Source: Candidatus Latescibacterota bacterium (GTDB lineage: Bacteria; Latescibacterota; UBA2968; GCA-2709665). From it: a DNA stretch of 64,000 nucleotides. Location: positions 512,001 to 576,000 of the forward strand of contig OZ242358.1 of assembly GCA_965208835.1 (NCBI GenBank), in the 5' to 3' direction. A program made the position numbers and the translations under genes. This document shows positions 1-10,466 of the stretch, piece after piece; position 1 is the first letter of the stretch, and each line of letters starts with the position of its first letter. Under the pieces are notes generated by a model that was not told the DNA's origin, made no database searches, and saw nothing but the letters and a program-made list of their open reading frames with translations.

Positions 1-2057
1 CGAAACTCCGACACGATCGTATCGGGATCTTCCGGGACATCCAGGAACTGGGTCTTGACAAGGGCCTTGGCGGCGTGAACCATCGCGCTGTACGCCTGTT
101 TATAGGCCGTTTCGTATTGGCCGTTTTCCAGCAGCACCTGGGCCTCGAAGGCCTCGCGCTCGCAACCGGACAGTTCGAACTGAACGAGCGGCACCACCTC
201 TCCGGCGCACTCGCCCTTCCCCATGTCCCCTGTGGTGAACACCCGGCTGTCTCCCCAGTCCATATAATAGGAGGAGTCGATCTCATAGGGAGGCACGTCG
301 GTCAGGTCGTCCAGCATGCGTTTCACCTTCACTTTGCCGATACGCCGGATATACTCCTGAAAGCTCTCGTCTCCGGACCGACCCTGAATGTAGCTCTCGC
401 TGATCCGGGCGACGACGTCGGGGATCCGTTTGGACGGGACCGCCCCCATCGCCAGTCCGAAGGACGCGGCGTTACCGGTCCACTGGCCGCCGAGTACCAC
501 CTGAAAGTGCGGCACCGTGTAACCGCCCACCTTGCGGCTGATCCCATAGAATCCCAGGTCGGCCACGTGATGCTGCCCGCAGGAGTTGAAGCAGCCGCTG
601 ATCTTGATGCGCAGCCCTTCCACCGCGGCGTCCATATCCAGCCCCTTTTCGGCCAGGCGCGATCGCATTTCCGCGGCCAGACCGCGGGACGACGCGATGC
701 CGAGTTTGCAGGTATCCGTTCCGGGGCATGCCGTCACGTCCGCAATCGTCCCGGCGCCGGGTTCATTCAGTCCGATCTCCGCGAGCGCGTTGTAGAGTTC
801 GGGGAGGTCCGCCTCGCTCACCCAGCGCAGTACGATATTCTGTTCCACCGTGGCGCGGATGGTGTCGTTCACGAAACGTCTTGAAATATCGGCGAGGGCC
901 CGGGTCTGGTTGGACGTGAGGTCGCCGAGCGGCAGCGTGACCGTAACCACCGCGTAGCCGTCCTGGCGCTGCCGGTATACGTTGGTACGCGCCCATTCTT
1001 CGAAGCCGTCGGCGGCTGCGGCGCCGTTCAGGGGCTGTGCGATCTTCAGCGGCTTCTCATCATAGGCATGGAGATCCGAAAGGAACGCCGTCCACTCGGG
1101 GTCGTCGGGCATCACCTTCCGTTCCTCGTCCACCAGGCGCTTGAACTCTTCCAGGCCCAATTTCGCGATCAGAAACTTCAGCCGCGCACGGGCCCGGTTC
1201 CGCTTTTCGCCGAGCCGGGCGAACACGCGTGAGATCGCCTGCGACACCGGAAGAAGCTCCTCTTCGGGCAGGAATTCCTCAAGCAACTTTGCCTGGTGCG
1301 GTACAGCGCCCAACCCGCCGCCAACGAAGAATCTGAACCCGCGTTCCTCCCTGCCGTCCACGGTCCTCGTAACCGCAATAGCGCCGATGTCGTGCATACT
1401 GGCAAGTCCGCAGGCCTCGTGTTCGCATCCGGAGAAGGCAATTTTGAACTTCCGGCCGAAGTCCTGCGCGTCCTGGTGCCCCAGCAGGAATTTTGAGCAT
1501 GCCCGGGCATAGGGCGTTACGTCGAATGTCTCCGTCCTGCACACGCCCGAGAGAGGGCAGGCCGTCACGTTCCGCACCGTATTGCCGCAGGCTTCACGGG
1601 TTGTGATGCCTACAGACGCCAGGCGATACATCAGATCCGGCGTATCGTCGATATGCACGTAATGCAGCTGGACGTCCTGGCGCGTGGTAATATGCAGGAT
1701 GCAGTCCGAATATTCCTCCGCGAGATCGCCCAGCACATCAAGTTGATCCGCGGTCAGGCCCCCGAACGGGATCTTGATCCGCTGCATCCCGGGCGCGTCC
1801 CACACCGTATCCGGCCCCTTCACCAGGTCGCCGCTCGGAAAATCCAGAGCCTGCGTATTGCTGCCGTCGAACCGTTTGCCGTTATCGTAACGCTGCCCGT
1901 AGACACCCCGGCGCAGGCGGGTCTCGGCGAAAACGGTATCTTCAATCTTGCCCTGCTTCCGCAGCTCGATCTGGGTGGCGAATATATCCACTTCCCGGCC
2001 CATTTCGTCGGGTATGCGATCCGCGAGAACTTCCTTCCAGGTTTTGGATTCAGACAT
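1..2057 (-). CDS. Siroheme/[4Fe-4S] nitrite/sulfite reductase, 3' end outside the window
   Basis: Missing from the ORF track; translated by hand from ATG 2057 (AGGAGG RBS): MSESKTWKEV...HITTRQDVQLH...TTREACGNTVRNVTACP. The Cys motifs CPGTDTCKLG and KISGCFNSCGQH are present. Confidence 0.9.
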   Translation of the reverse strand, partial: MSESKTWKEVLADRIPDEMGREVDIFATQIELRKQGKIEDTVFAETRLRRGVYGQRYDNGKRFDGSNTQALDFPSGDLVKGPDTVWDAPGMQRIKIPFGGLTADQLDVLGDLAEEYSDCILHITTRQDVQLHYVHIDDTPDLMYRLASVGITTREACGNTVRNVTACPLSGVCRTETFDVTPYARACSKFLLGHQDAQDFGRKFKIAFSGCEHEACGLASMHDIGAIAVTRTVDGREERGFRFFVGGGLGAVPHQAKLLEEFLPEEELLPVSQAISRVFARLGEKRNRARARLKFLIAKLGLEEFKRLVDEERKVMPDDPEWTAFLSDLHAYDEKPLKIAQPLNGAAAADGFEEWARTNVYRQRQDGYAVVTVTLPLGDLTSNQTRALADISRRFVNDTIRATVEQNIVLRWVSEADLPELYNALAEIGLNEPGAGTIADVTACPGTDTCKLGIASSRGLAAEMRSRLAEKGLDMDAAVEGLRIKISGCFNSCGQHHVADLGFYGISRKVGGYTVPHFQVVLGGQWTGNAASFGLAMGAVPSKRIPDVVARISESYIQGRSGDESFQEYIRRIGKVKVKRMLDDLTDVPPYEIDSSYYMDWGDSRVFTTGDMGKGECAGEVVPLVQFELSGCEREAFEAQVLLENGQYETAYKQAYSAMVHAAKALVKTQFLDVPEDPDTIVSEF

Positions 2058-2255
2058 GGAAATGCCTCCTGGTTCGCGATTGCGAGGACAACGGCATCAA
2101 TCAGGCGGGTAATCTATCGAACTCACCCGGTGAAGTCAACGAAATTATCCGGAACAGGCAGCCGTTCCCATCGGGCAGAACGGGGCCCGGATCTATTCTT
2201 AAGTTTTTCGATCAACAATATAATAAATAATAGAAAGAAAGGGCAGGTCGTCAAC

Positions 2256-2284
2256 AAAAAGCGAGAGACGATCGTCTCTCGCTT
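2256..2284 (-). terminator. Intrinsic terminator downstream of moaA
   Basis: Perfect palindrome AAGCGAGAGACGATCGTCTCTCGCTT (2259-2284) with a T-run on the minus strand. Confidence 0.65.
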
Positions 2285-2355
2285 CCCGGATTGACGCCCT
2301 CCCCCGCCGTGGACTGCAGGATACGACGTATGAGACCGAATGTGCCAAGTGCGGT

Positions 2356-3378
2356 CTATCCCCCGATCTGGTACATTTCCACCTTGGAGAATGAGGGCAT
2401 TTCCGCGGTCTCGGCCGTCCTTGATTCGGAATACCGGTCCTCCCGGCGCTCCCATATTTCCGAGATCGTCGCCAGAAGATCGTCGTTGCTCGCCCCGTCG
2501 CGCATGGGGTCTCTAAGATCTACGCCCGTGCCGGAAAACAGGCAGGTATACACTTTCCCGTCGGTGGACAGCCTTGCCCGTGTGCAGTCCCCGCAGAACG
2601 GCTGGGTAACGGAGGCGATCACGCCTATTTCCCCGCTTCCGTCGAGATATCGGTACCGCCGCGCGACCTCGCCCGGGTAGTTCGGCGCAACGGCCGTCAC
2701 CGGCATTTCCTCATGGATTCGCTGAACGATTTCCGCCGCGGGAACCACCTGATCCAGGCGCCAGCCGTTGCGGTTGCCAACGTCCATATACTCGATAAAC
2801 CGGACGATATGCCCCGTTCCGTGAAAATGCCTGGCGAGATCCACGACGGTATGGTCGTTCACCCCTCGTTGAACCACCGCGTTGATCTTGAGCGGGGTAA
2901 ACCCCTCCGCTTCCGCCGCACGGATTCCATCAAGCACCTGAGAGACCGGGTACCCTCTCCCGTTCAACAGTTCGAATACGTCCTCGTCCAGGGAATCCAG
3001 GCTGACGGTTATCCTGTGCAGCCCTGCATCCCTGAGTTCCCCGACCGTCCGCGGCAGCAGATAGCCGTTGGTCGTGAGCGTGAGGTCTTCGACGCCGTCG
3101 ATCGCCGCCAGGCGCCTGATCAGCGCCGCGAGTTCCCGCCGAAGAAGGGGCTCCCCGCCCGTGATCCGGACCTTACGCACCCCCAGACCCACGAAAAGCC
3201 GCGTCAGCCGCTCGATTTCCTCGAACGTCAATATCTCCGCTCTGGGCAGGAACGTGTAGTTCTCTCCGAAGACCTCGGCCGGCATACAGTACGGACACCG
3301 GAAATTGCACCGGTCCGTAACCGAAATCCGGAGATCCCTGAGCGGTCTGCCCAATCTGTCTGTCGCCGCGTCCGTCAT
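2356..3378 (-). CDS. moaA: GTP 3',8-cyclase MoaA
   Basis: LRISVTDRCNFRCPYC radical SAM motif, FCGDCTRARL..GK..TCLF, C-terminal MYQIGG. Confidence 0.97.
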   Translation of the reverse strand: MTDAATDRLGRPLRDLRISVTDRCNFRCPYCMPAEVFGENYTFLPRAEILTFEEIERLTRLFVGLGVRKVRITGGEPLLRRELAALIRRLAAIDGVEDLTLTTNGYLLPRTVGELRDAGLHRITVSLDSLDEDVFELLNGRGYPVSQVLDGIRAAEAEGFTPLKINAVVQRGVNDHTVVDLARHFHGTGHIVRFIEYMDVGNRNGWRLDQVVPAAEIVQRIHEEMPVTAVAPNYPGEVARRYRYLDGSGEIGVIASVTQPFCGDCTRARLSTDGKVYTCLFSGTGVDLRDPMRDGASNDDLLATISEIWERREDRYSESRTAETAEMPSFSKVEMYQIGG

Positions 3379-3393
3379 TACAATAGCCGTTTC

Positions 3394-3975
3394 CTAGTAG
3401 GATTCCGCGCGCGTGACCGCTGTTTCAAACTGCTTCTTGTCGACAATCGCCCCGCGCAGCCGCGCCTCGTACAAGAATGCGCCGTTCAAGTTGGCGCCCC
3501 GCAAATCCGTTCCCCTGAAATCCGTCGCGCCCACCACCGCCGCTTCGAGGTCGGCATTCCTGAAACTCGTCGGCCGCCCCGAGGGATTCGGAAACGACGC
3601 TTGCACCACGCCCAGGCGCGCGCGCTTCAGACTCGCGTCCGTGAAATTGGCGCCGCCGAGTACCGCGCCCGACAGAAACGCATCGTCCATCACCGCGCCG
3701 GCAAGGTTTGCGCCCAGCAGGTCGGCGGCGACCAGATATACCCCGTTCATTTTGGCTCCACTGAGGTCGGCGCCCTTCATGCTCGCGTTGTGAAACCTGG
3801 TTTCCACGAGTCTCGCATCTTTGAACGTGGCGTTGTCCAGTTTCGCCGCTGTGAAATCCACGCCGGAGAGATCCTCTCCACTGAAGTCCATCCCCGAGAG
3901 ATCCTCTCCCGCCAGGTTCCCGGACGATTTCGCCCTGGCGATCAACGCTTCCCTGTCGACAAACGCGGCGCTCAT
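3394..3975 (-). CDS. Pentapeptide repeat protein
   Basis: Tandem A(D/N)Lxx units (GADLSGAKM, GANLAGAVM, GTDLRGANL). Confidence 0.9.
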   Translation of the reverse strand: MSAAFVDREALIARAKSSGNLAGEDLSGMDFSGEDLSGVDFTAAKLDNATFKDARLVETRFHNASMKGADLSGAKMNGVYLVAADLLGANLAGAVMDDAFLSGAVLGGANFTDASLKRARLGVVQASFPNPSGRPTSFRNADLEAAVVGATDFRGTDLRGANLNGAFLYEARLRGAIVDKKQFETAVTRAESY

Positions 3976-4082
3976 CCGTTATCCCTTTTTGAAATCGGCA
4001 ACATTTGGTGGAAATATAACAAACTTGCCATGGCGGTCAACCTGTATCCCCTGAGTTTGAAACCCGCGCCATCCACTCCCGG

Positions 4083-5363
4083 TCAATCCACCACAATCGT
4101 CTCCTTGCGGTCCGGTCCCACGGACACCATGGCAATGGGCGTGCGGCTCAACTCCTGAATTCTGTCCAGGTACCGCCGGGCGTTATCAGGAAGTTCCTCC
4201 ATCCGCCTCGCATCGCTGGTGGGGGTCCGCCAACCCGCCATCGTTTCGTACACGGGCTCACATTCCGCCAGCACCTTCACGTCGCTCGGGAAGTGTTCCA
4301 GCTGCTTTCCACGACATGTATAGTGTGTGCAGATCCGGATCTCCTCCAGGGGATCCAGTATGTCCAGCCGGGTCACCGCGATACCCGACAGACCGTTCAC
4401 CCGCGCGGCGAACCTGAGAATCACGGCATCCAGCCAGCCACATCGCCTGGGCCGGCCCGTGGTCGCCCCGTACTCGTGTCCGATTTCCCGGATCCGGTCT
4501 CCCATGGCGCCGGTAAGTTCGGTTGGAAAGGGTCCGTTACCCACTCGCGTCGTATACGCTTTCACCACCCCCACGACCTCGGAAATCCGGGTGGGTCCGA
4601 TACCCGCGCCGGTACACGCGCCGCCCGCCGTCGTATTCGAAGACGTCACAAAAGGATACGTCCCGTGATCGATATCCAGCAACGTGCCCTGGGAGCCCTC
4701 GAACAGGACGTCCTTGCCCGAGTCGATCATTTCGTTCAGGTACACGGAGGTATCGGTAACGAATGGCGCCAGGCGTTCGCCGAACGCCGTATAGGCCTCG
4801 ATGATCGGCGTTGCGTCCAGCCCATCCTGGCCGTACACGCTTTCGAGTATCTCGTTTTTCTGCCGGACGTTCTCCCGCACTTTGGCAGGAAGCGCGTCCG
4901 CGTCGAACAGGTCTCCCACGCGAATGCCGGACGAGCGGTTGACTTTGTCCTGGTAGCATGGGCCGATGCCCCTCAGCGTGGTCCCGATCGCGCCTTCTCC
5001 GTCCCTTTCCTCGCTGGCCTCTTCGACGCGTTTGTGATACGGCATGACCAGGTGGGTATTCGGACTGACAAACAGCCGGTTCGCGATGGAGACGCCCTTC
5101 GACTCCAGTTCCTCCACCTCGAGGAACAGCGCCTCGGGGTCCATTACCACACCGTTGCCTATCACGCAGGTCTTATCGGGATGCACGATCCCGGCGGGAA
5201 TGAGATGAAACACGAACTCCAGATCGCCGGCCTTGATGGTGTGCCCGGCGTTGGCGCCTCCCTGGAAACGCACCACGACGTCCGAGTCCGCCGTCATAAA
5301 GTCCACCACCTTGGCCTTGCCTTCATCTCCCCACTGGGCCCCGAGCACTACGCGCACGGACAT
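4083..5363 (-). CDS. purA: Adenylosuccinate synthetase
   Basis: GAQWGDEGKAK, GGANAGHT, GTYPFVTSS, EYGATTGRPRRCGW. Confidence 0.98.
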   Translation of the reverse strand: MSVRVVLGAQWGDEGKAKVVDFMTADSDVVVRFQGGANAGHTIKAGDLEFVFHLIPAGIVHPDKTCVIGNGVVMDPEALFLEVEELESKGVSIANRLFVSPNTHLVMPYHKRVEEASEERDGEGAIGTTLRGIGPCYQDKVNRSSGIRVGDLFDADALPAKVRENVRQKNEILESVYGQDGLDATPIIEAYTAFGERLAPFVTDTSVYLNEMIDSGKDVLFEGSQGTLLDIDHGTYPFVTSSNTTAGGACTGAGIGPTRISEVVGVVKAYTTRVGNGPFPTELTGAMGDRIREIGHEYGATTGRPRRCGWLDAVILRFAARVNGLSGIAVTRLDILDPLEEIRICTHYTCRGKQLEHFPSDVKVLAECEPVYETMAGWRTPTSDARRMEELPDNARRYLDRIQELSRTPIAMVSVGPDRKETIVVD

Positions 5364-5430
5364 GATCTATCTCCTCAAAAAATGCGGTTAGACGCAAGAC
5401 GGAAGAGGGTAGAGGACCACACCCCGCCCC

Positions 5431-5570
5431 GCAACCTGGTGAGACGTAAGACGTGAGACGGGAGAGATCGCATGCCGTAAAGGGTTTCTTCTCATGCCGG
5501 AGGCAAGTCGGAGGAACAAATCGGCAAGGATTTCTTCTCCCGTCTACCCTCTACCGTCTCCCCGCTCTTA
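5431..5570. mobile_element. ~140-bp heptamer-armed MITE-like repeat, copy A (extra left arm at ~5381-5415)
   Basis: GTGAGAC/GTAAGAC heptamers, core TCATGCCGGAGGCAAG...CGGCAAGG, inverted CGTCT heptamers. It ends in the TA of the serA stop codon. Confidence 0.7.
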
Positions 5571-7154
5571 AAATTTCGCCTGCCTCACCCACAGGAATTC
5601 CGGCGCCCCGGCGATTCGCTTCAGAACGTCGTCCGGCGCGGGCGAATCCAGACTGATCATCATGATGGCCTGCCCCCCGCGGCTGTCCCGCCCCAGCGCC
5701 ATATCCGCGATATTGAGCTCCTCCTCGGCCAGGAGCGACCCGATCCAGCCGACCACGCCCGGAACGTCCCGGTTGCAGCAGATCAGCACGTCCCCTTCCA
5801 GTTTGGCCTTCACTTCAAACCGGTCGACACGCACGACGCGCGCGTCGCTGCTGCCGAATACGGTGGCCGATATCGAAGTCCTTCCCACCGTCGTTTCGTA
5901 GTCTACCGTCATCAGGTTCGTGTAGTCTTTATGGGCGCTGCTCCGCGTCTCGTCGATCTTGACGCCGCGCTTCTGTGCGAAAAGAGGGGCGTTCACGTAC
6001 GTCACGAGTTCATCCGTCAGATTCGTAATGGCCCCTTTCAACACCGCTGCCGTCATCGGCGAAGTTGCGTATTTCAGGATATCGCCGTGGTACTCGATGG
6101 CGATTCGCCGGAGACTGCCGTGGCTCAACTGAGCCTGCAACGCGCCCACCTTCTCGGCCAACAGGAGATACGGACGGACGTCCTCGTAAAGGGACGGATC
6201 CACCGACGGCATATTGACGGCCCGATGGGCCGGCCGTTCCTTCAGAACCTCCCAGACGTCCTGTGCGATCTGACGCGCCACGCGCTCCTGCGCCTCCGCG
6301 GTTGAAGCGGCCAGATGGGGTGTGCAGATCACCTCCCGACGCCGCAGGAGCGGGTAATCCCTGGGCGGGGGTTCCTCCTCGTAAACGTCGAGCGCGGCTC
6401 CGGCCACCCTTCCATCCTCGATCGCATTCAGAAGCGCAGCCTCGTCGACCAGGCCTCCCCTCGCACAGTTGAGAATGCGAACGCCGGGTTTGCATTTCTC
6501 CAGTGACGCCGCGGAAATCAGGTGCCGCGTGTTCTCCATCAGCGGCGTATGCAGCGTGATATAATCCGCCGCCGCGTAGATTGCTTCCAGGGACGTCAGC
6601 TTCACCTGGTATCTGGCAGCCATCTCTTCAGAAAGGAAGGGATCGTGGCCCAGGGCCGTCATCCCCAGAGCCCGGGCCAGGCGGGCGACATGCTGTCCCA
6701 CCCGCCCCACGCCGATTATCCCCAGTACCTTACCATCCAACTCCACGCCCGTATAGGACTTTCGCTCCCACGCCCCGCGTTTCAGAGAGGCGGTCGCCTG
6801 CGGAATGTTGCGGCTGAGCGCAAGCAGCATCCCCACGGTATGTTCGGCCGTGGCAATGGTATTCCCGCCAGGCGAATGCACCACCACCACGCCCCGTTCA
6901 GTGGCGGCGCCAATATCAATGTTGTCCACGCCGACTCCCGCGCGTCCGATTACGCGGAGCCGGTGCGCCGCGGCCAGAATCTCCCGCGTTACATGCGTTT
7001 CGCTTCGGATGATCATCCCGTCGTAGGCGCCGATTTCACGTGCCAGTGCCTCCGGCGAGAGGCCCGTCCGGACGTCCACGTCGACATCCGGCGCCTCCGC
7101 GAACACGCTTTGCCAGCCGCGAGACAACGTATCTGCGATCAATACCCGCTTCAT
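5568..7154 (-). CDS. serA: D-3-phosphoglycerate dehydrogenase (type I, with ASB and ACT domains)
   Basis: IGRAGVGVDNID, GVGRVG, NCARGGLVDE, TPHLAAST and a C-terminal ACT domain. Confidence 0.96.
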   Translation of the reverse strand: MKRVLIADTLSRGWQSVFAEAPDVDVDVRTGLSPEALAREIGAYDGMIIRSETHVTREILAAAHRLRVIGRAGVGVDNIDIGAATERGVVVVHSPGGNTIATAEHTVGMLLALSRNIPQATASLKRGAWERKSYTGVELDGKVLGIIGVGRVGQHVARLARALGMTALGHDPFLSEEMAARYQVKLTSLEAIYAAADYITLHTPLMENTRHLISAASLEKCKPGVRILNCARGGLVDEAALLNAIEDGRVAGAALDVYEEEPPPRDYPLLRRREVICTPHLAASTAEAQERVARQIAQDVWEVLKERPAHRAVNMPSVDPSLYEDVRPYLLLAEKVGALQAQLSHGSLRRIAIEYHGDILKYATSPMTAAVLKGAITNLTDELVTYVNAPLFAQKRGVKIDETRSSAHKDYTNLMTVDYETTVGRTSISATVFGSSDARVVRVDRFEVKAKLEGDVLICCNRDVPGVVGWIGSLLAEEELNIADMALGRDSRGGQAIMMISLDSPAPDDVLKRIAGAPEFLWVRQAKF

Positions 7155-7161
7155 AGTTATC

Positions 7162-7316
7162 AAACAAGCTGTCAGCTGTCAGCTCTCAGCCGTCAGCGTA
7201 AACCAAAAGGCCAAACAGGCAACGTGCGCCCCGATTGCATATCCGGAGGGGCCGCCCTTGCGGCTGCCCGGGTCAATACGCAAGGTAAACAGGCTGTCAG
7301 CTCTCAGCCGTCAGCG
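7162..7316. repeat. Two direct copies of a TCAGC heptamer array
   Basis: AAACA(A/G)GCTGTCAGCTCTCAGCCGTCAGCG at ~7162-7198 and ~7287-7316. The second copy encodes the aminotransferase C-terminus and its stop. Confidence 0.8.
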
Positions 7317-8490
7317 CGCACTGCGCGGCCTCGACACCGGCCCCGACTTCAAATTCCCAACCGGTCTCCCGAAGACCGGCTTCAAACGCCCCGACAGCCT
7401 CCAGGATTTCGGCATCGTCCACGTGCCCCAGGTTGGAAACCCGCACCATGCGGCCTCTGTAATCGCCCAGACCGCCGCCGACCACCACGCCGCATTCGCG
7501 CCGCATATGTTCCATCAACGCGAGGCCGTCCACACTCTCGGGCAGGACGATCGCGGTCAGCGCGTTTGAAGGCCGCCGCGCGAAACAGGTCAGTCCCAAC
7601 GCGGCTGCGGACCGACGCACCGCCAGCGCGTGCCGCGCATGCCGCGCCCAGACGTTCCGGATGCCCTCCTCGCGGAACATCTGCAGCGCCGCCCGAAGCC
7701 CCGCCAGCAGCGTAACCGGCAGGGTGGCCGGCGCCCGACCCTGGACCATTGCCGTCCTGTAATGTTCAAGGTCCCAGTAGTACTTCGGAAGCCGGCTCCG
7801 CCGGTGCGCTTTCCAGACCCGCGGCCCCACCGCCGCGATTCCCATACCCGGAGGCAGCATCAGTCCCTTCTGGGACGCCGTCACCGCCAGGTCCACGTTC
7901 CACGCCTCCGGAGGCAGCGGATGAGCCGCCACGCTTGAGATGCCGTCCACGACGAGCAGCGCGCCCGTCCCCCTGACGATCTCGCCAATCGAGGCGATGT
8001 CGTGCAATACGCCGGTGGACGTCTCGCTGTGTGTGGCAAACACGACTCGTAAACCGGGGTCGTCCCGAAGCGCTTCGGCCACGACCTGCGGATCCACCGC
8101 CTCACCCCAGGGGAATTCGCTTTCGACGACCTCGACCCCGTAAGCCCGGCAGAGGTCCGTCCATCGCGCGCCGAACTGCCCTGCCTGCACGACCAGGGCC
8201 CGGTCGCCGGCGCAAAGGGAATTGGCGACCGCAGCCTCCATCACGCCCGTACCCGAGCATGAGAGCAGAAACACGTCGTAGGCAGTCGGAAAGACCTCCT
8301 GAAGCCCTTCGACCGCATTTCGAAGCAGCGCGGGAAATTCCGGGCCGCGGTGGTAGACCGGAGTACCGGCCATCGCAGCCTGGACCTTTTCGGGAATGGG
8401 TGTCGGACCGGGTGTAAAAAGCCGTTGCCGCCTCAGCCCGTCGGGCGAACCGTGTTTTTCCTCACCAACGGGGTTATTCTTCGATGACAT
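7297..8490 (-). CDS. Class-V PLP aminotransferase (alanine-glyoxylate/serine-pyruvate family)
   Basis: LFTPGPTP, GTGVMEAA, HSETSTGV, VDGISS, ASQKGLMLPPG (PLP lysine). Start taken at ATG 8490. Confidence 0.92.
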   Translation of the reverse strand: MSSKNNPVGEEKHGSPDGLRRQRLFTPGPTPIPEKVQAAMAGTPVYHRGPEFPALLRNAVEGLQEVFPTAYDVFLLSCSGTGVMEAAVANSLCAGDRALVVQAGQFGARWTDLCRAYGVEVVESEFPWGEAVDPQVVAEALRDDPGLRVVFATHSETSTGVLHDIASIGEIVRGTGALLVVDGISSVAAHPLPPEAWNVDLAVTASQKGLMLPPGMGIAAVGPRVWKAHRRSRLPKYYWDLEHYRTAMVQGRAPATLPVTLLAGLRAALQMFREEGIRNVWARHARHALAVRRSAAALGLTCFARRPSNALTAIVLPESVDGLALMEHMRRECGVVVGGGLGDYRGRMVRVSNLGHVDDAEILEAVGAFEAGLRETGWEFEVGAGVEAAQCALTAES

Positions 8491-9061
8491 GCCGGATCCA
8501 ACTCCAGACATCCTGCCTGCCCAGACCCGAAACCGCGGAAAACGGTACGAGATCGAACTCCCCCACCCGGGAAAGCAGGTCCCGCGTCCGGTCCAGCCGG
8601 GACTTCTGCCGGCTCCCCGGAAGCTTGTCAGCCTTGGTGGCAACCACGAGAAACGGCCGGTCGAACTGCATGAGCCAGTCGGCCATTTCCACGTCGCGGG
8701 CCGTCGGATCGTGCCGGGCATCCATGAGATGCAATATGCCGCGCAATGACGTCCTTGTATCCAGATAACCGTTGATCAGTTCGGCCCACTGCCGGCGTTC
8801 CTGCTGCCCCCGCTTTGCGTAGCCATACCCGGGCAGGTCCACGAAATGCAGCGCCCCGTTCACGCAGTAGTAGTTCAGCGTTCGGGTCTTGCCCGGCGTC
8901 TTGCTGGTGCCCGCGAGTTGTCTTCGGTTCAACAGCCGGTTGAGAAGCGAGGATTTCCCCACGTTCGAACGGCCGGCAAACGCGATTTCCGGCAGGCCTT
9001 CCATTGGAAGACGATCCGGATCGGCGACACTCGTAACAAAACTGGCGGAACGGATCTGCAT
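8474..9061 (-). CDS. engB: Ribosome biogenesis GTPase YihA/YsxC
   Basis: GRSNVGKSS, SKTPGKT, DLPGYGY, TKADK; lies downstream of clpX. Confidence 0.95.
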   Translation of the reverse strand: MQIRSASFVTSVADPDRLPMEGLPEIAFAGRSNVGKSSLLNRLLNRRQLAGTSKTPGKTRTLNYYCVNGALHFVDLPGYGYAKRGQQERRQWAELINGYLDTRTSLRGILHLMDARHDPTARDVEMADWLMQFDRPFLVVATKADKLPGSRQKSRLDRTRDLLSRVGEFDLVPFSAVSGLGRQDVWSWIRHVIEE

Positions 9062-9100
9062 GACGGGCAACCGGGATCGTGCTCATTGCCGGACACATAG

Positions 9101-9125
9101 AAAACCGGGGCAATGGACCCCGGTT
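9101..9125 (-). terminator. Intrinsic terminator after clpX
   Basis: AACCGGGG-loop-CCCCGGTT hairpin with a minus-strand T-run. Confidence 0.55.
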
Positions 9126-9163
9126 CCGAGGGCTACTAAAAAATGGATGAAGCCGAAATAATT

Positions 9164-10405
9164 CTATGCGCTCTTTTTCTCTTCGATGTGAAGCCGTGGC
9201 CTGGATTTGCCGGCCACCATCTCTTTCGTAACCACAACCGGCTTGCGTGCCGGATTGGAGGGGAGGTCGTACATCAGATCGATCATGATGTCCTCCAGAA
9301 CGGATCGCAACCCCCTGGCGCCCGTACCCTTCTGGACGGTTCGCTTTACCACCTCGTTCAGGGCCGCGTCCTCGAATTCGAGATCGGCGCCATCCATCTC
9401 GAACAGTTTCTGATACTGCTTGGTAATCGCATTCTTCGGCTCGGTCAGAATCTTGAACAATGCCTCCTCATCGAGATCGCTGAGAGAACACGTTATGGGC
9501 AGCCTGCCGACCAGTTCGGGAATCAGGCCGTACCTGATGAGGTCCTCCGGCTCCACATCTGCAAAGAACGCGCCCGCGTTCCGTTTTTCCTCGGGACCGT
9601 CCTTCGCGCCGAAGCCGATGGTCTTTTCGCCGATCCGGTTGCTGATGATTTCTTCCAGGCCGTCGAATGCTCCGCCGCAAATGAACAGGATATTCCTCGT
9701 ATTCACCTGGATCAGGGGCTGCTCGGGATGTTTCCGTCCGCCCTTCGGCGGTATGCTGGCGACGGTGCCCTCGAGGATCTTCAACAGGGCCTGCTGCACG
9801 CCTTCCCCGGATACGTCGCGTGTAATCGACGGGTTGGCCGCCTTCCTGGAGATCTTGTCGACTTCGTCCAGATAGAGAATGCCCATTTCCGCCTGCGCGA
9901 CGTCGTAGTCGGCCGCCTGCAAAAGGCGGACGAGGATATTCTCAACGTCTTCGCCTACATATCCGGCTTCGGTGAGAATTGTCGCGTCCGCGATGGAGAA
10001 AGGAACGTCCAGGATGCGCGCGAGCGTCTGCGCCAGCAGGGTCTTCCCTGTACCCGTGGGCCCGACGAGCAGTATATTGCTCTTCTCGAGTTCGACGTCG
10101 TCCGTAATGACGCGGGAGCGGATCCGCTTGTAGTGGTTGTAAACCGCGACGGAAAGCGTGCGCTTGGCCGCCTCCTGGCCGATCACGTAGTCGTCCAGCC
10201 GGGTCTTGATCGTTGCGGGTTTGGGAAGCTTCTGCCGTGACGAAACCGGCTTTTGCCTGGCGTCCTCCTGCAGCACTTCGTTGCACAGTTTGACGCAGTC
10301 GCTGCAAATGTGCACCGAAGTCCCAGTGATGATCTTTTCGACCTGGTCGTTGCCCTTGTCGCAAAAAGAGCACCGTACATCGGCTCGGGAAGTTCGCCGT
10401 TTCAT
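9164..10405 (-). CDS. clpX: ATP-dependent Clp protease ATP-binding subunit ClpX
   Basis: N-terminal zinc finger CSFC...[33 protein letters not shown]. Confidence 0.98.
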   Translation of the reverse strand: MKRRTSRADVRCSFCDKGNDQVEKIITGTSVHICSDCVKLCNEVLQEDARQKPVSSRQKLPKPATIKTRLDDYVIGQEAAKRTLSVAVYNHYKRIRSRVITDDVELEKSNILLVGPTGTGKTLLAQTLARILDVPFSIADATILTEAGYVGEDVENILVRLLQAADYDVAQAEMGILYLDEVDKISRKAANPSITRDVSGEGVQQALLKILEGTVASIPPKGGRKHPEQPLIQVNTRNILFICGGAFDGLEEIISNRIGEKTIGFGAKDGPEEKRNAGAFFADVEPEDLIRYGLIPELVGRLPITCSLSDLDEEALFKILTEPKNAITKQYQKLFEMDGADLEFEDAALNEVVKRTVQKGTGARGLRSVLEDIMIDLMYDLPSNPARKPVVVTKEMVAGKSRPRLHIEEKKSA

Positions 10406-10466
10406 AAGTCACCCATGATTTCGCGACCGTTGATACAGGACGACATCGTTGACGCCAGGGTGGGGC

